NCBI GenBank assembly: GCA_028749115.1
Contig: JAQURD010000010.1
Span: 7,596 to 71,595 of the forward strand
DNA from: Acidobacteriota bacterium
GTDB lineage: Bacteria; Acidobacteriota; Aminicenantia; Aminicenantales; Saccharicenantaceae
DNA: 64,000 nucleotides
Direction: 5' to 3'
The notes under the pieces were generated by a model, which made no database searches, was not told the DNA's origin, and saw only the letters and a program-made list of their open reading frames with translations. Positions 39,007-48,632 of the stretch are shown piece by piece (positions within the stretch are counted from its first letter, which is position 1; every line of letters starts with the position of its first letter). Position numbers and translations under genes: made by a program.

Positions 39007-39201
39007 ATGGACGAAAGAGAAGAGCTAATATATGAATCACCTTTAGCAATTACAGCAAATGATGTGTTTCTATTTTCAGTCGAAGCGGGAAGTGAGGCTG
39101 CGGCAGTGGCCGTTGTGGCTGTCGTGGCGGTAGTGGCTGTTGTTGCTGTTGTTGCCGTTGTGGCTGTTGTTGCCACTGTTGCAGTACCGGCGGCATACTA
39201 G
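39007..39201 (+). CDS. candidate RiPP precursor peptide: 33-aa leader plus (V-V-A)n hydrophobic repeat core
   Basis: MDEREELIYESPLAITANDVFLFSVEAGSEAAA | VAVVAVVAVVAVVAVVAVVAVVATVAVPAAY. SD AAGGAGG 5 nt upstream. Immediately upstream of an RRE-rSAM gene on the same strand; hairpin terminator just downstream. Confidence 0.7.
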   Translation: MDEREELIYESPLAITANDVFLFSVEAGSEAAAVAVVAVVAVVAVVAVVAVVAVVATVAVPAAY

Positions 39202-39216
39202 AAAAAATCTTTTTTT

Positions 39217-39240
39217 CTGCACTCAGCAGAGTGCAGTTTA
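39217..39240 (+). terminator. putative intrinsic terminator/attenuator hairpin after the precursor gene
   Basis: CTGCACTC-agca-GAGTGCAG 8-bp stem followed by TTTA. The T-tail is weak, suggesting a partial terminator. Confidence 0.4.
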
Positions 39241-39364
39241 GCTGGGCTAAGATAAGCCTCGCCTTTTTAGGAAATATGTCGGAGATCATGTGCATTAGAA
39301 CGTGTCTGGAATTTTTAGAGTAAATAGAAGGAAGGGCAGTTTCTTTTTGAATAAGAAGTAAAAA

Positions 39365-41107
39365 ATGTTTGATGACACGAAATTGGGTTTGGGCAATAAT
39401 GTCAGTGGCAATTTTTTGGCATTAACTCCAGTTCCCTTACGAGAAGCATCTTGGTATTTTGATGAAAAAACAGGTCGTGTTGTTATTTTAGTTTACCCTA
39501 AAAGGCTAATATTAGGAAAAGCTCAGTCTATGATTTGGAAACATGTTGATGGATTCAATACTGTTAATGATATAGCCAGTATTTTACATCATGATATGGA
39601 TATTAATGTTATCAGGGCAGCATTTAAAGAATTTGAATACAAAAACATAGCAAGAATGAAAGATATTAAAAATTCTTTTTGGGGTGATATCTCCGATAAT
39701 AATAAAAAGATAGACATAATTGAAGATCCAATGGGTTCTGATACTGGTGCTGATTTGATTTTGATAGTGCCTCCACAGTCTATAAGGTGTTTTTCGCTTG
39801 GAGCGATCAGCCTAGCACCTCCATTAGGATTGATGTATATCGCTTCAAATTTAATTTTAAATGGATATAAGGTTAAGATATTAGATCTAAGTGACAAGAC
39901 AAAACTTTCAAAAGATAGTTTTCATGATTATCTTGACAAAAACAGGCCAAAAGCTGTTGGAATTACTTGTTGGTCTGAATTTATGGAAAATGCTTTAGAA
40001 TTAGCCAAAACAACCAAAGAATATAATCCTGAAATAGCTGTCATCTTAGGCGGTCCACATGTTACCTTCATGGCTGACGAATGTTTTAAAGAAAATGATT
40101 ATGTTGACGTAGTTTGCCGGCATGAAGGTGAATACAGTATGATAGAGTTAATGGATTTCTATAAATGGAAAAAGGGTTCTTTGCAAGATATTTTAGGCAT
40201 AACATATCGTGAGCAGAAAACAGGTTCTGTCGTACGTAATCGAAGTAGAGCCTTTATAAAAGAATTAGATGAATTACCATTTCCAGCCCGCCATCTGATA
40301 GATTTCTCAAAGTATACAAAGCCTATGTTTATGATCACTAGCAGAGGCTGCACAGGTAAATGTAAATTTTGTGCAGGGACTACAATGGGGAGACGATATA
40401 GATTTAGACATCCTGATAAGGTTGCACAAGAAATAGAAGAGATAATTAGAGATTATAAACCAGAGGAGATTTATATTGTAGATGATGCCTTTACTATTAT
40501 TCCTGATCGTGCAAAAGAGATCTGCGCTTACTTAAAAAACTCGGATATAAGATGGTTCTGTGAATCACGAGTTGATGCTGTAAACGAAGAATTACTAAGG
40601 ATATTTTATGAATCTGGCTGTAGATATATTCAATTCGGAATAGAATCTGGCTCTCAACAGATTTTAGATGCTATCAAAAAGGAAACGACTTTAACAGAGG
40701 TCGAAAATGCCGTTAAATGTGCAACTGAAGCTGGCATCAAAGTAGCTTGTTCTTTCATAATAGGACACTTCGATGATACAGATGAAACAATTCAAGAAAC
40801 AATTGCACTAATGAAATATTTAAAAGACAAATATAATGTGGCTTTATTTTGTGGCCCGAATGTCATATTTCCTGGCACGTATCAGTATGCACATAGAGAG
40901 TCTTTAGGATTAGACTTTCAACTAAAATCTTGGAGTGCCAATATAATGGGGCATACAGTTACGCCAACTAAGTACCTTTCATATGAAAAACTTAGACGTT
41001 ATGTATTTGAAGCAATTGAATTATGTATGCCGACAGTCATTGATCTTGCTAAAGAGAAGAATCGTGAATTATATGGTAGTGAATGGCCAGATCGATTGGG
41101 TAGGTAA
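39365..41107 (+). CDS. B12-binding-domain radical SAM enzyme with N-terminal PqqD-like RiPP recognition element (RRE)
   Basis: N-terminal ~100 aa PqqD-like (IWKHVDGFNTVNDIASIL); cobalamin-binding-type Rossmann domain; radical SAM CTGKCKFC (CxxxCxxC) within ITSRGCTGKCKFCAG. Confidence 0.85.
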   Translation: MFDDTKLGLGNNVSGNFLALTPVPLREASWYFDEKTGRVVILVYPKRLILGKAQSMIWKHVDGFNTVNDIASILHHDMDINVIRAAFKEFEYKNIARMKDIKNSFWGDISDNNKKIDIIEDPMGSDTGADLILIVPPQSIRCFSLGAISLAPPLGLMYIASNLILNGYKVKILDLSDKTKLSKDSFHDYLDKNRPKAVGITCWSEFMENALELAKTTKEYNPEIAVILGGPHVTFMADECFKENDYVDVVCRHEGEYSMIELMDFYKWKKGSLQDILGITYREQKTGSVVRNRSRAFIKELDELPFPARHLIDFSKYTKPMFMITSRGCTGKCKFCAGTTMGRRYRFRHPDKVAQEIEEIIRDYKPEEIYIVDDAFTIIPDRAKEICAYLKNSDIRWFCESRVDAVNEELLRIFYESGCRYIQFGIESGSQQILDAIKKETTLTEVENAVKCATEAGIKVACSFIIGHFDDTDETIQETIALMKYLKDKYNVALFCGPNVIFPGTYQYAHRESLGLDFQLKSWSANIMGHTVTPTKYLSYEKLRRYVFEAIELCMPTVIDLAKEKNRELYGSEWPDRLGR

Positions 41108-41113
41108 GACGGT

Positions 41114-42035
41114 TTATGCTAATCCCCTGAGGATGGATAAGGCTCCTGGCAAGAGTGTCAGACGAAGATGTATTTTATAAATTTCAAAAAATGACAGAGA
41201 GAAGGAATAGTTTATAGACGGGAGCGTTTCCCATGTGCTGGGCAGCGCGATAAGACTCAAAATGACCTGATTAGGTTGGTCTACGTTCACCCCCTCCAGT
41301 AGATAAGGGTAAAGCTTATGACCAGGAGAGGAAAAACCTATCCTCCTATGGGGATAGATGGCCTGAAGTCCTAAACGTCTGAAAAGCTTCCTCACCCGCT
41401 TGGCATTTACCCCATAGCCCTGAGCCCTTAACCAGGCGGTCATCCTCCTTACCCCATAAAACGGTGTTCTGGTAAACTCTTCATCTATGAGCCTCATCAA
41501 CTCAAGATTACAGTCATCATTGACCACTGAGCTGTAATAGTATGAGGACCTCAGAAGATTTAATAGCTCACACTGCCGGACCACCGCTATCTCCTCGTTA
41601 TTCCTCTCCACCAACTGCCTCTTCTCCTCTACTGAAGCTGCCGAAATTTTTTTTTAAGCCAATCGTTCTCTACCTTGAGCTGCCCTATCTGCTGGTAAAG
41701 CTCCGCCTCCTTCTGGTCTCGTTCCTCATCTGTTCTCTTCCTCCGGTCCGAAAACAACTCAGGTAATGCATTCAGCAGATGTTCCTTCCATTGACTAACC
41801 TGGTTAGGATGAACCCCATACTCACTGGCTACCTGGGCAACAGTCTTCTCCCCTTTGACCGCCTCCAGCGCCACCCTGGCCTTAAAGGCCGCTTCATACT
41901 GTCGTCTTTTCATACTGGCCATTTTACCATACCTCCTCCAGAGTTATGGCAGGTCATTTCCCACCTTATTGCCCTGTCCAGTTTTTGGGGAGAACCTCAC
42001 CTAGTAGATCCTTGACAACTGTTCATTTGCTCATA
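41114..42035 (-). mobile_element. truncated IS3-family element (orfA intact, orfB 3'-truncated)
   Basis: orfA 41629..41922 (HTH, MASMKRRQYEAAFKARVALEAV...). A10 slippery run at ~41646-41656 typical of an IS3 -1 frameshift. orfB' 41114..41614 (...RRMTAWLRAQGYGVNAKRVRKLFRRLGL...) lacks the DDE integrase core. Putative left end TGAGCAAATGAAC (revcomp of 42021-42033). Confidence 0.65.
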
Positions 42036-42100
42036 CCTGCTTCTTCTAATGGCAAATTAGTGCTCTCTAATGAGACCAAAAGGTGCAGTCAAATATCAAC

Positions 42101-44224
42101 CTATAGAACTTTTTCACCTCTCTCTAATTTAAAGAAAACAAACCATACAAAAATTGCTACTATTGCCAATATTAGATCTAACGAGACAAGCCTCTTTAGC
42201 CATACTAAGGTTTCAGTTGAGTCAATAAGTTGTGCCAGAATACCCCTCTGAGCAATGCAGGCTGGGTTTAGCTTGAACAATATAGATGTATCAGGAATAT
42301 TTACCGCTCCTGAAATAGCCACAGGTAAGATTAGAAATAACTCTAGAACTGCTAATGTTATGCTTACTCCGGATGTTATGGAAGGGAAAATAATAATCGA
42401 TAGACAGCTAATAGATAATCCTAAAAGAACACATATTAATAAAAGTTTGCAGATCAGAAATATACTTATTTCAAAGCCACTAATAAAACTTATACCTATC
42501 ATCAGGGAGGCAACTACTATAGAGGCAAAAATAGCTGTTAACATGATACTTGTTAGAAAATCGAAATGGCTTAATGGAGTCAATCGTAAGGCATCTAATG
42601 TTTCCATCTGTTTCTCTTTAGCCATAACAGAAGATAGGCCCATACTGATAACCACTATTTGTATGACAATAAAAATCGTGAATAGAAAAAAACTTAAATT
42701 CATTCCTTTTATTTTCTTAAATATTAATGAGTATTTTCCTTTTTCTCCAGCTTCTTCTAAGATTATTCTTCTTATTATATTAGCTACAATAAAAGACTGT
42801 GGTTGCCTGGCGTCGTCCATAATTATTTCGATAAAGGGACTATTATCCCGGGAAGATATTAAGATTGCACTTAAGACTAGTTTTTTCTGAATCAGGGCTC
42901 TGGCCTCATTAACACTTTTCACCTGATGATAAGAATAAGGAGTTTTTTTAGTTAAGTTTATTAACACCTGGTTTGATAACTCATCATTAGTAGAATATAA
43001 TGCAACTTTGCTTCTCTCAAGATAAGGTAACTGCATATTTATTAATAAAACTATAGTTATAAATAGGAAAAAGAGCACAAGCACTAATATTATCTTAAAA
43101 CTTAGTAATTCCTTTATATTCTTCGAAACCATAGTTAGAACTCTATTTCTATATTTGAAATTTAACCTAACTGTTGGTATCCGGTGAAATTTTGGAATGA
43201 TCCTTTTGCTTGTAGCTGAGAAGGCACCTAAAATAAATTTAAATAGAAAGGCAGTGACTATTGTTCCAAAAAAGAAAAAAAACACAATATTCCAGCTCAG
43301 GCTTGATACATTTAAGAGTATTTGCTGAGATGCAGAAGATGGAAGGATGTAATTATATTTTGCAATCAATTCTAAACGATCAACAAACACGGAAGGTGTA
43401 ATAAAAATAATTGCTGCTATCGATGAATAAGTATATACAGAAATTGCAGTTCTGGCCGACATAGCAATTTCTAATCCTAGGTAAGCATAAAATATACTTA
43501 AGATTAAGAAAATCACTAAAGCTTTTAATTTATAGCTGAATGGTTCTTGTAAAAAGGATAATGATATAGAGATAACAGGTAATATTATTAATGCATAAAA
43601 TATCAATTTAGAGATTATTATTTGGATTTTCCTAGCACCACTCATGTTTATAGCATCCAGTAGTCCCTTATCTTTCTCGTAGATAATATTGTGAACAAAC
43701 ATATTCAGGCCTAAAAGTGGCAGCATGACCTGCAATAAGATTAGAAAAATACGTGTTGGGATTCTTACGCTCCTTAGGTTACTGATATAAATATTTATCG
43801 CTTTGCTTTTATCTTTAGAAATAGCCTCTGATATCAATGCCGATGATAGTTCTTGAACTATAGGATTATTATCACTGATAATTATTTGAAGGGCTGGTAA
43901 TCCGGATTCTCCTTTAATAAAATCTATTGCTGCTATTACTTGCCCTTTCATTATTAATTGTTCTGCTTTTGAAAAATCGCTTATTTCTATTATTTTAAAG
44001 GCGGGATATCGTTCTATTTCCTCAGCTATGGTCTTATGGACAGCTTGTTTAGATTGAACAATGGCTAGTGGGAATTTGTTTCCCTTAACATTGCCAAAAT
44101 AACTAAAAATTAAAAGGATAGATAAAGGAGACAATATTATAATAAAATTAAACTTATTTTTTAAAAATAATTTAATTTCTTTTTGTATTAAGAACAAAAT
44201 ATTCTTCATTATGTCTTTCACCAA
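42101..44224 (-). CDS. ABC-2 type transporter permease (large, two-module)
   Basis: Two blocks of ~6 TM helices separated by extracytoplasmic segments; the 53-nt overlap with the upstream ATPase gene suggests translational coupling. Confidence 0.7.
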   Translation of the reverse strand: MVKDIMKNILFLIQKEIKLFLKNKFNFIIILSPLSILLIFSYFGNVKGNKFPLAIVQSKQAVHKTIAEEIERYPAFKIIEISDFSKAEQLIMKGQVIAAIDFIKGESGLPALQIIISDNNPIVQELSSALISEAISKDKSKAINIYISNLRSVRIPTRIFLILLQVMLPLLGLNMFVHNIIYEKDKGLLDAINMSGARKIQIIISKLIFYALIILPVISISLSFLQEPFSYKLKALVIFLILSIFYAYLGLEIAMSARTAISVYTYSSIAAIIFITPSVFVDRLELIAKYNYILPSSASQQILLNVSSLSWNIVFFFFFGTIVTAFLFKFILGAFSATSKRIIPKFHRIPTVRLNFKYRNRVLTMVSKNIKELLSFKIILVLVLFFLFITIVLLINMQLPYLERSKVALYSTNDELSNQVLINLTKKTPYSYHQVKSVNEARALIQKKLVLSAILISSRDNSPFIEIIMDDARQPQSFIVANIIRRIILEEAGEKGKYSLIFKKIKGMNLSFFLFTIFIVIQIVVISMGLSSVMAKEKQMETLDALRLTPLSHFDFLTSIMLTAIFASIVVASLMIGISFISGFEISIFLICKLLLICVLLGLSISCLSIIIFPSITSGVSITLAVLELFLILPVAISGAVNIPDTSILFKLNPACIAQRGILAQLIDSTETLVWLKRLVSLDLILAIVAIFVWFVFFKLERGEKVL

Positions 44225-45128
44225 TTATCTTCATAAAAGCTTCTTGTAGAGAAGGTCTGACTTTTTCAATTGTTTTAATCTCGACGCCACTTTCCTTTAT
44301 GATGTCATTTAAAGACCCAATAAAAGAGACAATATCTGTCGAGACTTTATTAAAGGTTAAGACATCGCAGCTCTCATTTTCTAAAACACTAAATGAGCTA
44401 AACTGTTTAGGATTGATCCTGGCACTAAAACATACTCTATATAAGTTTTCAAGTGAAGCTTCAGAACATAATTGTTCAGTAGATCCACTAGCGGTTATTT
44501 TCCCATGATGAAGGATGGCTATCCTATTACACAATATTTCTGCCTCGTCAAGATAATGGGTGGTAATAAATATAGTTTTGCCCCGGTTATTCAAATTTGA
44601 TATCAATCTTCTTACAAATTGATCAGTTTGAGGATCTAGGCCAACCGTCGGTTCATCGAGGAAAAGAACTTCAGGATCGTGGATCAACGCTCTTCCTATA
44701 AGAAGTTTTTGTTTCATTCCTTTTGAATATTTATATACGTTTTCGTTTGCTCTGTCTTCCAATTTCATCAGTTTAAGCATATTTTCAGCAGATTGTTTGG
44801 GCTGAGGCAATCCATATAGCTGCGCAAACAAATATAGATTATAAAAACCTGAAAGGTTTTCATAAAGATTCTGATTTTCGAAAACTACACCGATAATTCT
44901 TTTTATACGTTTCTGGTATTTTTTTAGGTCAAGATTTCTAATCAGAATTTGCCCACTACTTGGCTCAATTAATCCACATAGCATTTTTAATATTGTGCTC
45001 TTACCTGCTCCATTTGGACCAAGCAACCCAAAAATTTCTCCTTCTTTCACACTTATACTTATATTGTCTACTGCTATCAATTCCCCATATTTCTTAGTGA
45101 TAGCCTTCATTTCAATTGCAGATTGCAT
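44172..45128 (-). CDS. ABC transporter ATP-binding protein
   Basis: Walker A GPNGAGKST, signature LSGGMKQK-like (YSKGMKQKLLIGRAL), Walker B LFLDEPT, H-loop. Confidence 0.9.
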   Translation of the reverse strand: MQSAIEMKAITKKYGELIAVDNISISVKEGEIFGLLGPNGAGKSTILKMLCGLIEPSSGQILIRNLDLKKYQKRIKRIIGVVFENQNLYENLSGFYNLYLFAQLYGLPQPKQSAENMLKLMKLEDRANENVYKYSKGMKQKLLIGRALIHDPEVLFLDEPTVGLDPQTDQFVRRLISNLNNRGKTIFITTHYLDEAEILCNRIAILHHGKITASGSTEQLCSEASLENLYRVCFSARINPKQFSSFSVLENESCDVLTFNKVSTDIVSFIGSLNDIIKESGVEIKTIEKVRPSLQEAFMKIIGERHNEEYFVLNTKRN

Positions 45129-45145
45129 TGATTATCCTCGCCTGC

Positions 45146-46492
45146 CTACTTACCTAGAGTCCACATTACTTCTTCTATAACATTCTTGTAACAGTCACAA
45201 CAAGGGTTATTTTCTGTCAATGAACCAAACTCCAGAGCCAAAACTCTACATCCGCCGCCGCAATAATATCTATACTCACAAGCTGAACAGTTCTTAAATT
45301 TATCAACTGTAACCTCTTGATAAATCTCAGAAGCTTTTTTATTTATTTCTGAAAAGTCTTCAACGTAAGTATTTCCAATTTTATATTTATGATCGTGTAA
45401 TAAAGGACATGGATATACTGAACCGTCTGGACTTATACTCAATGTATTTATGCCTAATCCGCAGTTTAGGTATTTATGAGTATTAAATGGAGAATACACC
45501 ATATCGCCAGCAGTCTTAAGCGTAATTTGAACTTTCTTTTTCTTTAGAAGAAATGAATAGAATAGTTCCCTGCTTTGTTGAAAAACGGAAATGAAATTAC
45601 ATCTTTTTGAAAAATCATTTGTTTCAGTTTCAATAGCCGGTATCAAGCACTTTATTTCTAAAGTACATTTACTATCATTTATAGGTTCAAGTATATTTGA
45701 GAGCTTAGATATATTTTGCTCATTTACCAGGGCGGAAATCAATATGCTTTTTAATCCAGCCTTCTTGAGCATTTTGACATTTTCGATAGCCAAATCCACT
45801 GATGAAGAATTTTCTATTTCAATATTGATTTGAATACTTTTAAAACAAGATACTAATATGTTGGCCATATCAATCCCAATAGGAGCTGAGTCTAAAATAA
45901 GATTTAGAGGATTGGTGGCTATTTTCATACAGTCAATTAAATGTTCTTTTTGTAATGTTTCTAAATCGGAGGATATTAATAACTGGGTTAATTGATAATT
46001 ATTTAACTGGTGAAATAGCCTAGCTAACTCGTCAGATGTCATAATATGTTCTGATTCTTCCGAATCGTTGCATGCATAGCCATATTGACATTGACGATAT
46101 GATAATTTTTTTAAATGGATCCATACAAATTTCAAATCAACAATACCTGGCATCGGCGCTGTTTTATCGCCAATTATTCGAGCGTCTTTTGCCTTTTCTA
46201 AAAATGTTCTTACATCTTCTTCAATCAATCGTGCAGGAACATCCCAGCACTTAGCTATTTTATCAACTATTTCTGTAAATAGAGGATTTTCAAAATAAGA
46301 TTTGATTATGTCCATTCCAACACGGTTAGATCTCATCCAACCCATATGCTTCCCGTTAACTATTAGGTACTCATTTCCTTTCTTTTTAATATTGAGGTCA
46401 GAAGATAAATTAAAATTAAGTTTTTCAATTTTAGGTTTACCTTTTAATTGGTTAGGACTCTCCATATGCTTATTCTCCTTCTCTTGAATCAA
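45146..46492 (-). CDS. RRE-containing SPASM-domain radical-SAM-like peptide maturase (non-canonical cluster motif)
   Basis: N-terminal PqqD-like RRE (YLIVNGKHMGWMRSNRVGMDIIKSYFENPLF...). C-terminal SPASM Cys array (CGLGINTLSISPDGSVYPC ... CSACEYRYYCGGGC ... CC). Where CxxxCxxC is expected, the sequence reads SYRQCQYGYACNDS (Cx5C only). Confidence 0.7.
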   Translation of the reverse strand: MIQEKENKHMESPNQLKGKPKIEKLNFNLSSDLNIKKKGNEYLIVNGKHMGWMRSNRVGMDIIKSYFENPLFTEIVDKIAKCWDVPARLIEEDVRTFLEKAKDARIIGDKTAPMPGIVDLKFVWIHLKKLSYRQCQYGYACNDSEESEHIMTSDELARLFHQLNNYQLTQLLISSDLETLQKEHLIDCMKIATNPLNLILDSAPIGIDMANILVSCFKSIQINIEIENSSSVDLAIENVKMLKKAGLKSILISALVNEQNISKLSNILEPINDSKCTLEIKCLIPAIETETNDFSKRCNFISVFQQSRELFYSFLLKKKKVQITLKTAGDMVYSPFNTHKYLNCGLGINTLSISPDGSVYPCPLLHDHKYKIGNTYVEDFSEINKKASEIYQEVTVDKFKNCSACEYRYYCGGGCRVLALEFGSLTENNPCCDCYKNVIEEVMWTLGK

Positions 46493-47342
46493 AACACGTT
46501 TCCCGTTATAAAATAGGGAATTTAACTACACAAAGTTTTTATTCAACATTTACATGAAGAGCAATGGTATCGATTGCTCGATATTTCATCATCATTTGGA
46601 AAAATTCCTACGATTAGCATTATTCTGCATACTTTTCAAATTTTTTTCTGCTTGAAGAAGCATGAAACTAGATAGAGGATATATTGCCTTACAGCTCAGC
46701 ACCTGGCCTTCTATCTTAAATGCCGTTATAGCCTCCTGCCTAAAATACATAACTATCCTTGCTACCGCCTCTACTTTGTTTGTCCCAACATCCATTTTTT
46801 ATAGTTCATGCTTAGCCATTATGCTAAGGACCCTCAGCTTGGCGGCCTCTATAGCTATGAATGCAAAGCCTATATATTCCTCTTATACCTTGACTTACAA
46901 CAAAGCCACACCATTGGCTATAATTTCTTCTAATAGTGATTTATATATTAGTTCTTCTTTTTTGCCCGTAGTTACCTCCTTATTTTAGCTGCAAGAGTCA
47001 AGCTAATATTCATGAGACTTAATGTCAATCAAATTGATATCTTTTTTTTTTCGTTTTGGTATGGTTTTTTTCGTTTCTTATAAATTCAGATTCGGCATAA
47101 ATCCATGTCTTTAGCGCAAAATAATAATAAAAAGACTATTTTCCCCCCACCCTTACTATTCGGAAGATTCCACTGCAAATTAGCTAGCCATTCTGAGGGG
47201 AAGGCAGCAGCTTTTAGCGCAGTGATTGGAATAAGTGGCCAGGATGGGTTAGAAGCATAGCGGTGTGTTGGGTAATCTCAGATGGAAGGGGTATTTTAAA
47301 CCTCTGAGGAATAGAAATTATACTGAATAAGGAGGCGTCAGG

Positions 47343-47621
47343 ATGAAGCTAAGGAAATGGAGTTCAGAGGAGAAGATGGCGATTGTGCTGGAGGGGTTAA
47401 AGGGGAAAAAATCGGTGGCTGAGATATGTCGGGAACATCAGATAAGCCAGGCATTGTATTATCGGTGGCGGGACAGGTTTTTGGAGGCTGGTCAGAAGGG
47501 GTTAAGCAATGGGGGCAGTGAGGATGAGACGAAGGCGCTTCAAACCCAGATAGAGAAACTGGAGAAGATAATAGGGCGACAGACGATTGCCATCGAGGCT
47601 TTAAAAAAACTCAAGAGTTAA
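47343..47621 (+). CDS. IS3-family transposase OrfA (second, unrelated copy); downstream orfB reduced to a ~100-nt fragment
   Basis: MKLRKWSSEEKMAIVLEGLKGKKSVAEICREHQISQALYYRWRDRF... (HTH_Tnp_1-like). 47640-47710 encodes an OrfB N-terminal fragment (...LREEGMSLKSACEALKISLSW) and then decays. Confidence 0.7.
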   Translation: MKLRKWSSEEKMAIVLEGLKGKKSVAEICREHQISQALYYRWRDRFLEAGQKGLSNGGSEDETKALQTQIEKLEKIIGRQTIAIEALKKLKS

Positions 47622-47918
47622 TCTCGGAGAAGAAGACGAAGCTGATGAGGGAGGAAGGGATGAGCCTGAAATCAGCTTGTGAAGCTCTGAAGATAAGTCT
47701 GAGCTGGCGGTAAGGGAGTTCAAGCATGAGCTGGGTCGAGACAAAAGTCGGTAAGTCAAACCAGATAGACGACTCATTTGAAAAGAACTCTATCTCTCAA
47801 TGTGAGAAAAAGTGTGTTGCTTTTCGGGGTGAAGTGCAATTTTGCCACTTGATTTATTAGTTCGAATGATAATAATATTTTATTCGAAGATTTTTTTCCT
47901 GAAAGAAAGGGGGAATAA

Positions 47919-48632
47919 GTGGCTAGCCAAATTTCTATTATATCTGAAGATAAAAGTTTCCTTAGTTGGATATCAAAAGCTGTTAATGGGTCAAATTTAA
48001 ATCTTAAGATCAATGAAGGCATTAATAACGGCAATGCCAAGCCCGCGCTGATTCTTCTATCTTGTAACTATCTTTGCCAATATGGGAAATGTTCAAATAA
48101 ATTCTTTACCGCTGCTCAGTTTCCTGAGATTCCTCTTGCTGTAGCCCGACCAATTCATTTGAAAAACTTTAAAGAAGGACAGAGTGATTTTTTGATTTCG
48201 TTTTTAAGAGGCGAGAATGTGACACATATAAAAACACTATCGGAAAAATTAGCAACATGTGCCTATTCAAGTAATCCATCAATTTCTAAAATCGAAACTC
48301 TCTTTAAAATCATTCAGGTTCAGAAACAAATTGTCGAATCTAAAGGTAAGGTTTTTGAAGTCTCGGAGCTATCGAGAAATGTGGGTCTTTCGGTTTCTTG
48401 GTTTTCAACGAAATTTAAAGAAATGTCGGGGATTCCGTTGAAAACATATGCAAACAAGATAAGGCTTTGTCATTCCCTTTGGGAACTTATCTCCACTTAT
48501 AGTCCTATCAAATCAATTGCTATTGATTTCGGATATAAACCACTATCTTTTAGCATGAGATTTCATGAAAAAATAGGAATATGGCCTTCTGAGGTGAGAA
48601 GAAGAAGACGAAGTGGTCAACACCGTGTCTAG
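47919..48632 (+). CDS. AraC-family transcriptional regulator (GTG start)
   Basis: C-terminal AraC-type dual HTH (ELSRNVGLSVSWFSTKFKEMSGIPLKTYANKIRLCHSLWEL...IAIDFGYKPLSFSMRFHEKIG). SD AAGGGGG upstream. AT-rich like the island. Confidence 0.7.
   Translation: MASQISIISEDKSFLSWISKAVNGSNLNLKINEGINNGNAKPALILLSCNYLCQYGKCSNKFFTAAQFPEIPLAVARPIHLKNFKEGQSDFLISFLRGENVTHIKTLSEKLATCAYSSNPSISKIETLFKIIQVQKQIVESKGKVFEVSELSRNVGLSVSWFSTKFKEMSGIPLKTYANKIRLCHSLWELISTYSPIKSIAIDFGYKPLSFSMRFHEKIGIWPSEVRRRRRSGQHRV

Noticed and set aside
38979-39176. Minus-strand ORF encoding MATTATTATT...(TTA)n, antisense to the precursor peptide
   Set aside because: It has no SD and is the mirror of the VVA-codon repeat. The plus-strand reading has a perfect SD, a leader-core architecture, and a co-oriented RRE-rSAM gene downstream.
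39100-39180. Short-period tandem repeat that could be mistaken for a CRISPR/VNTR locus
   Set aside because: The 9-nt units are coding (V-V-A) with synonymous variation. There are no spacers and no cas genes, and the repeat lies inside a well-supported small ORF.
41542-42251. Plus-strand ORFs 41542..41766, 41779..42015 and 41946..42251 overlapping the IS3 remnant
   Set aside because: They are antisense to the recognisable IS3 orfA/orfB' and have Pro/Ser/Leu-rich antisense composition.
46662-46988. 108-aa ORF in the 46.5-47.3 kb AT-rich spacer
   Set aside because: Low-complexity, decayed region between the SPASM gene and the IS3 remnant, with no RBS. It is probably non-coding debris.
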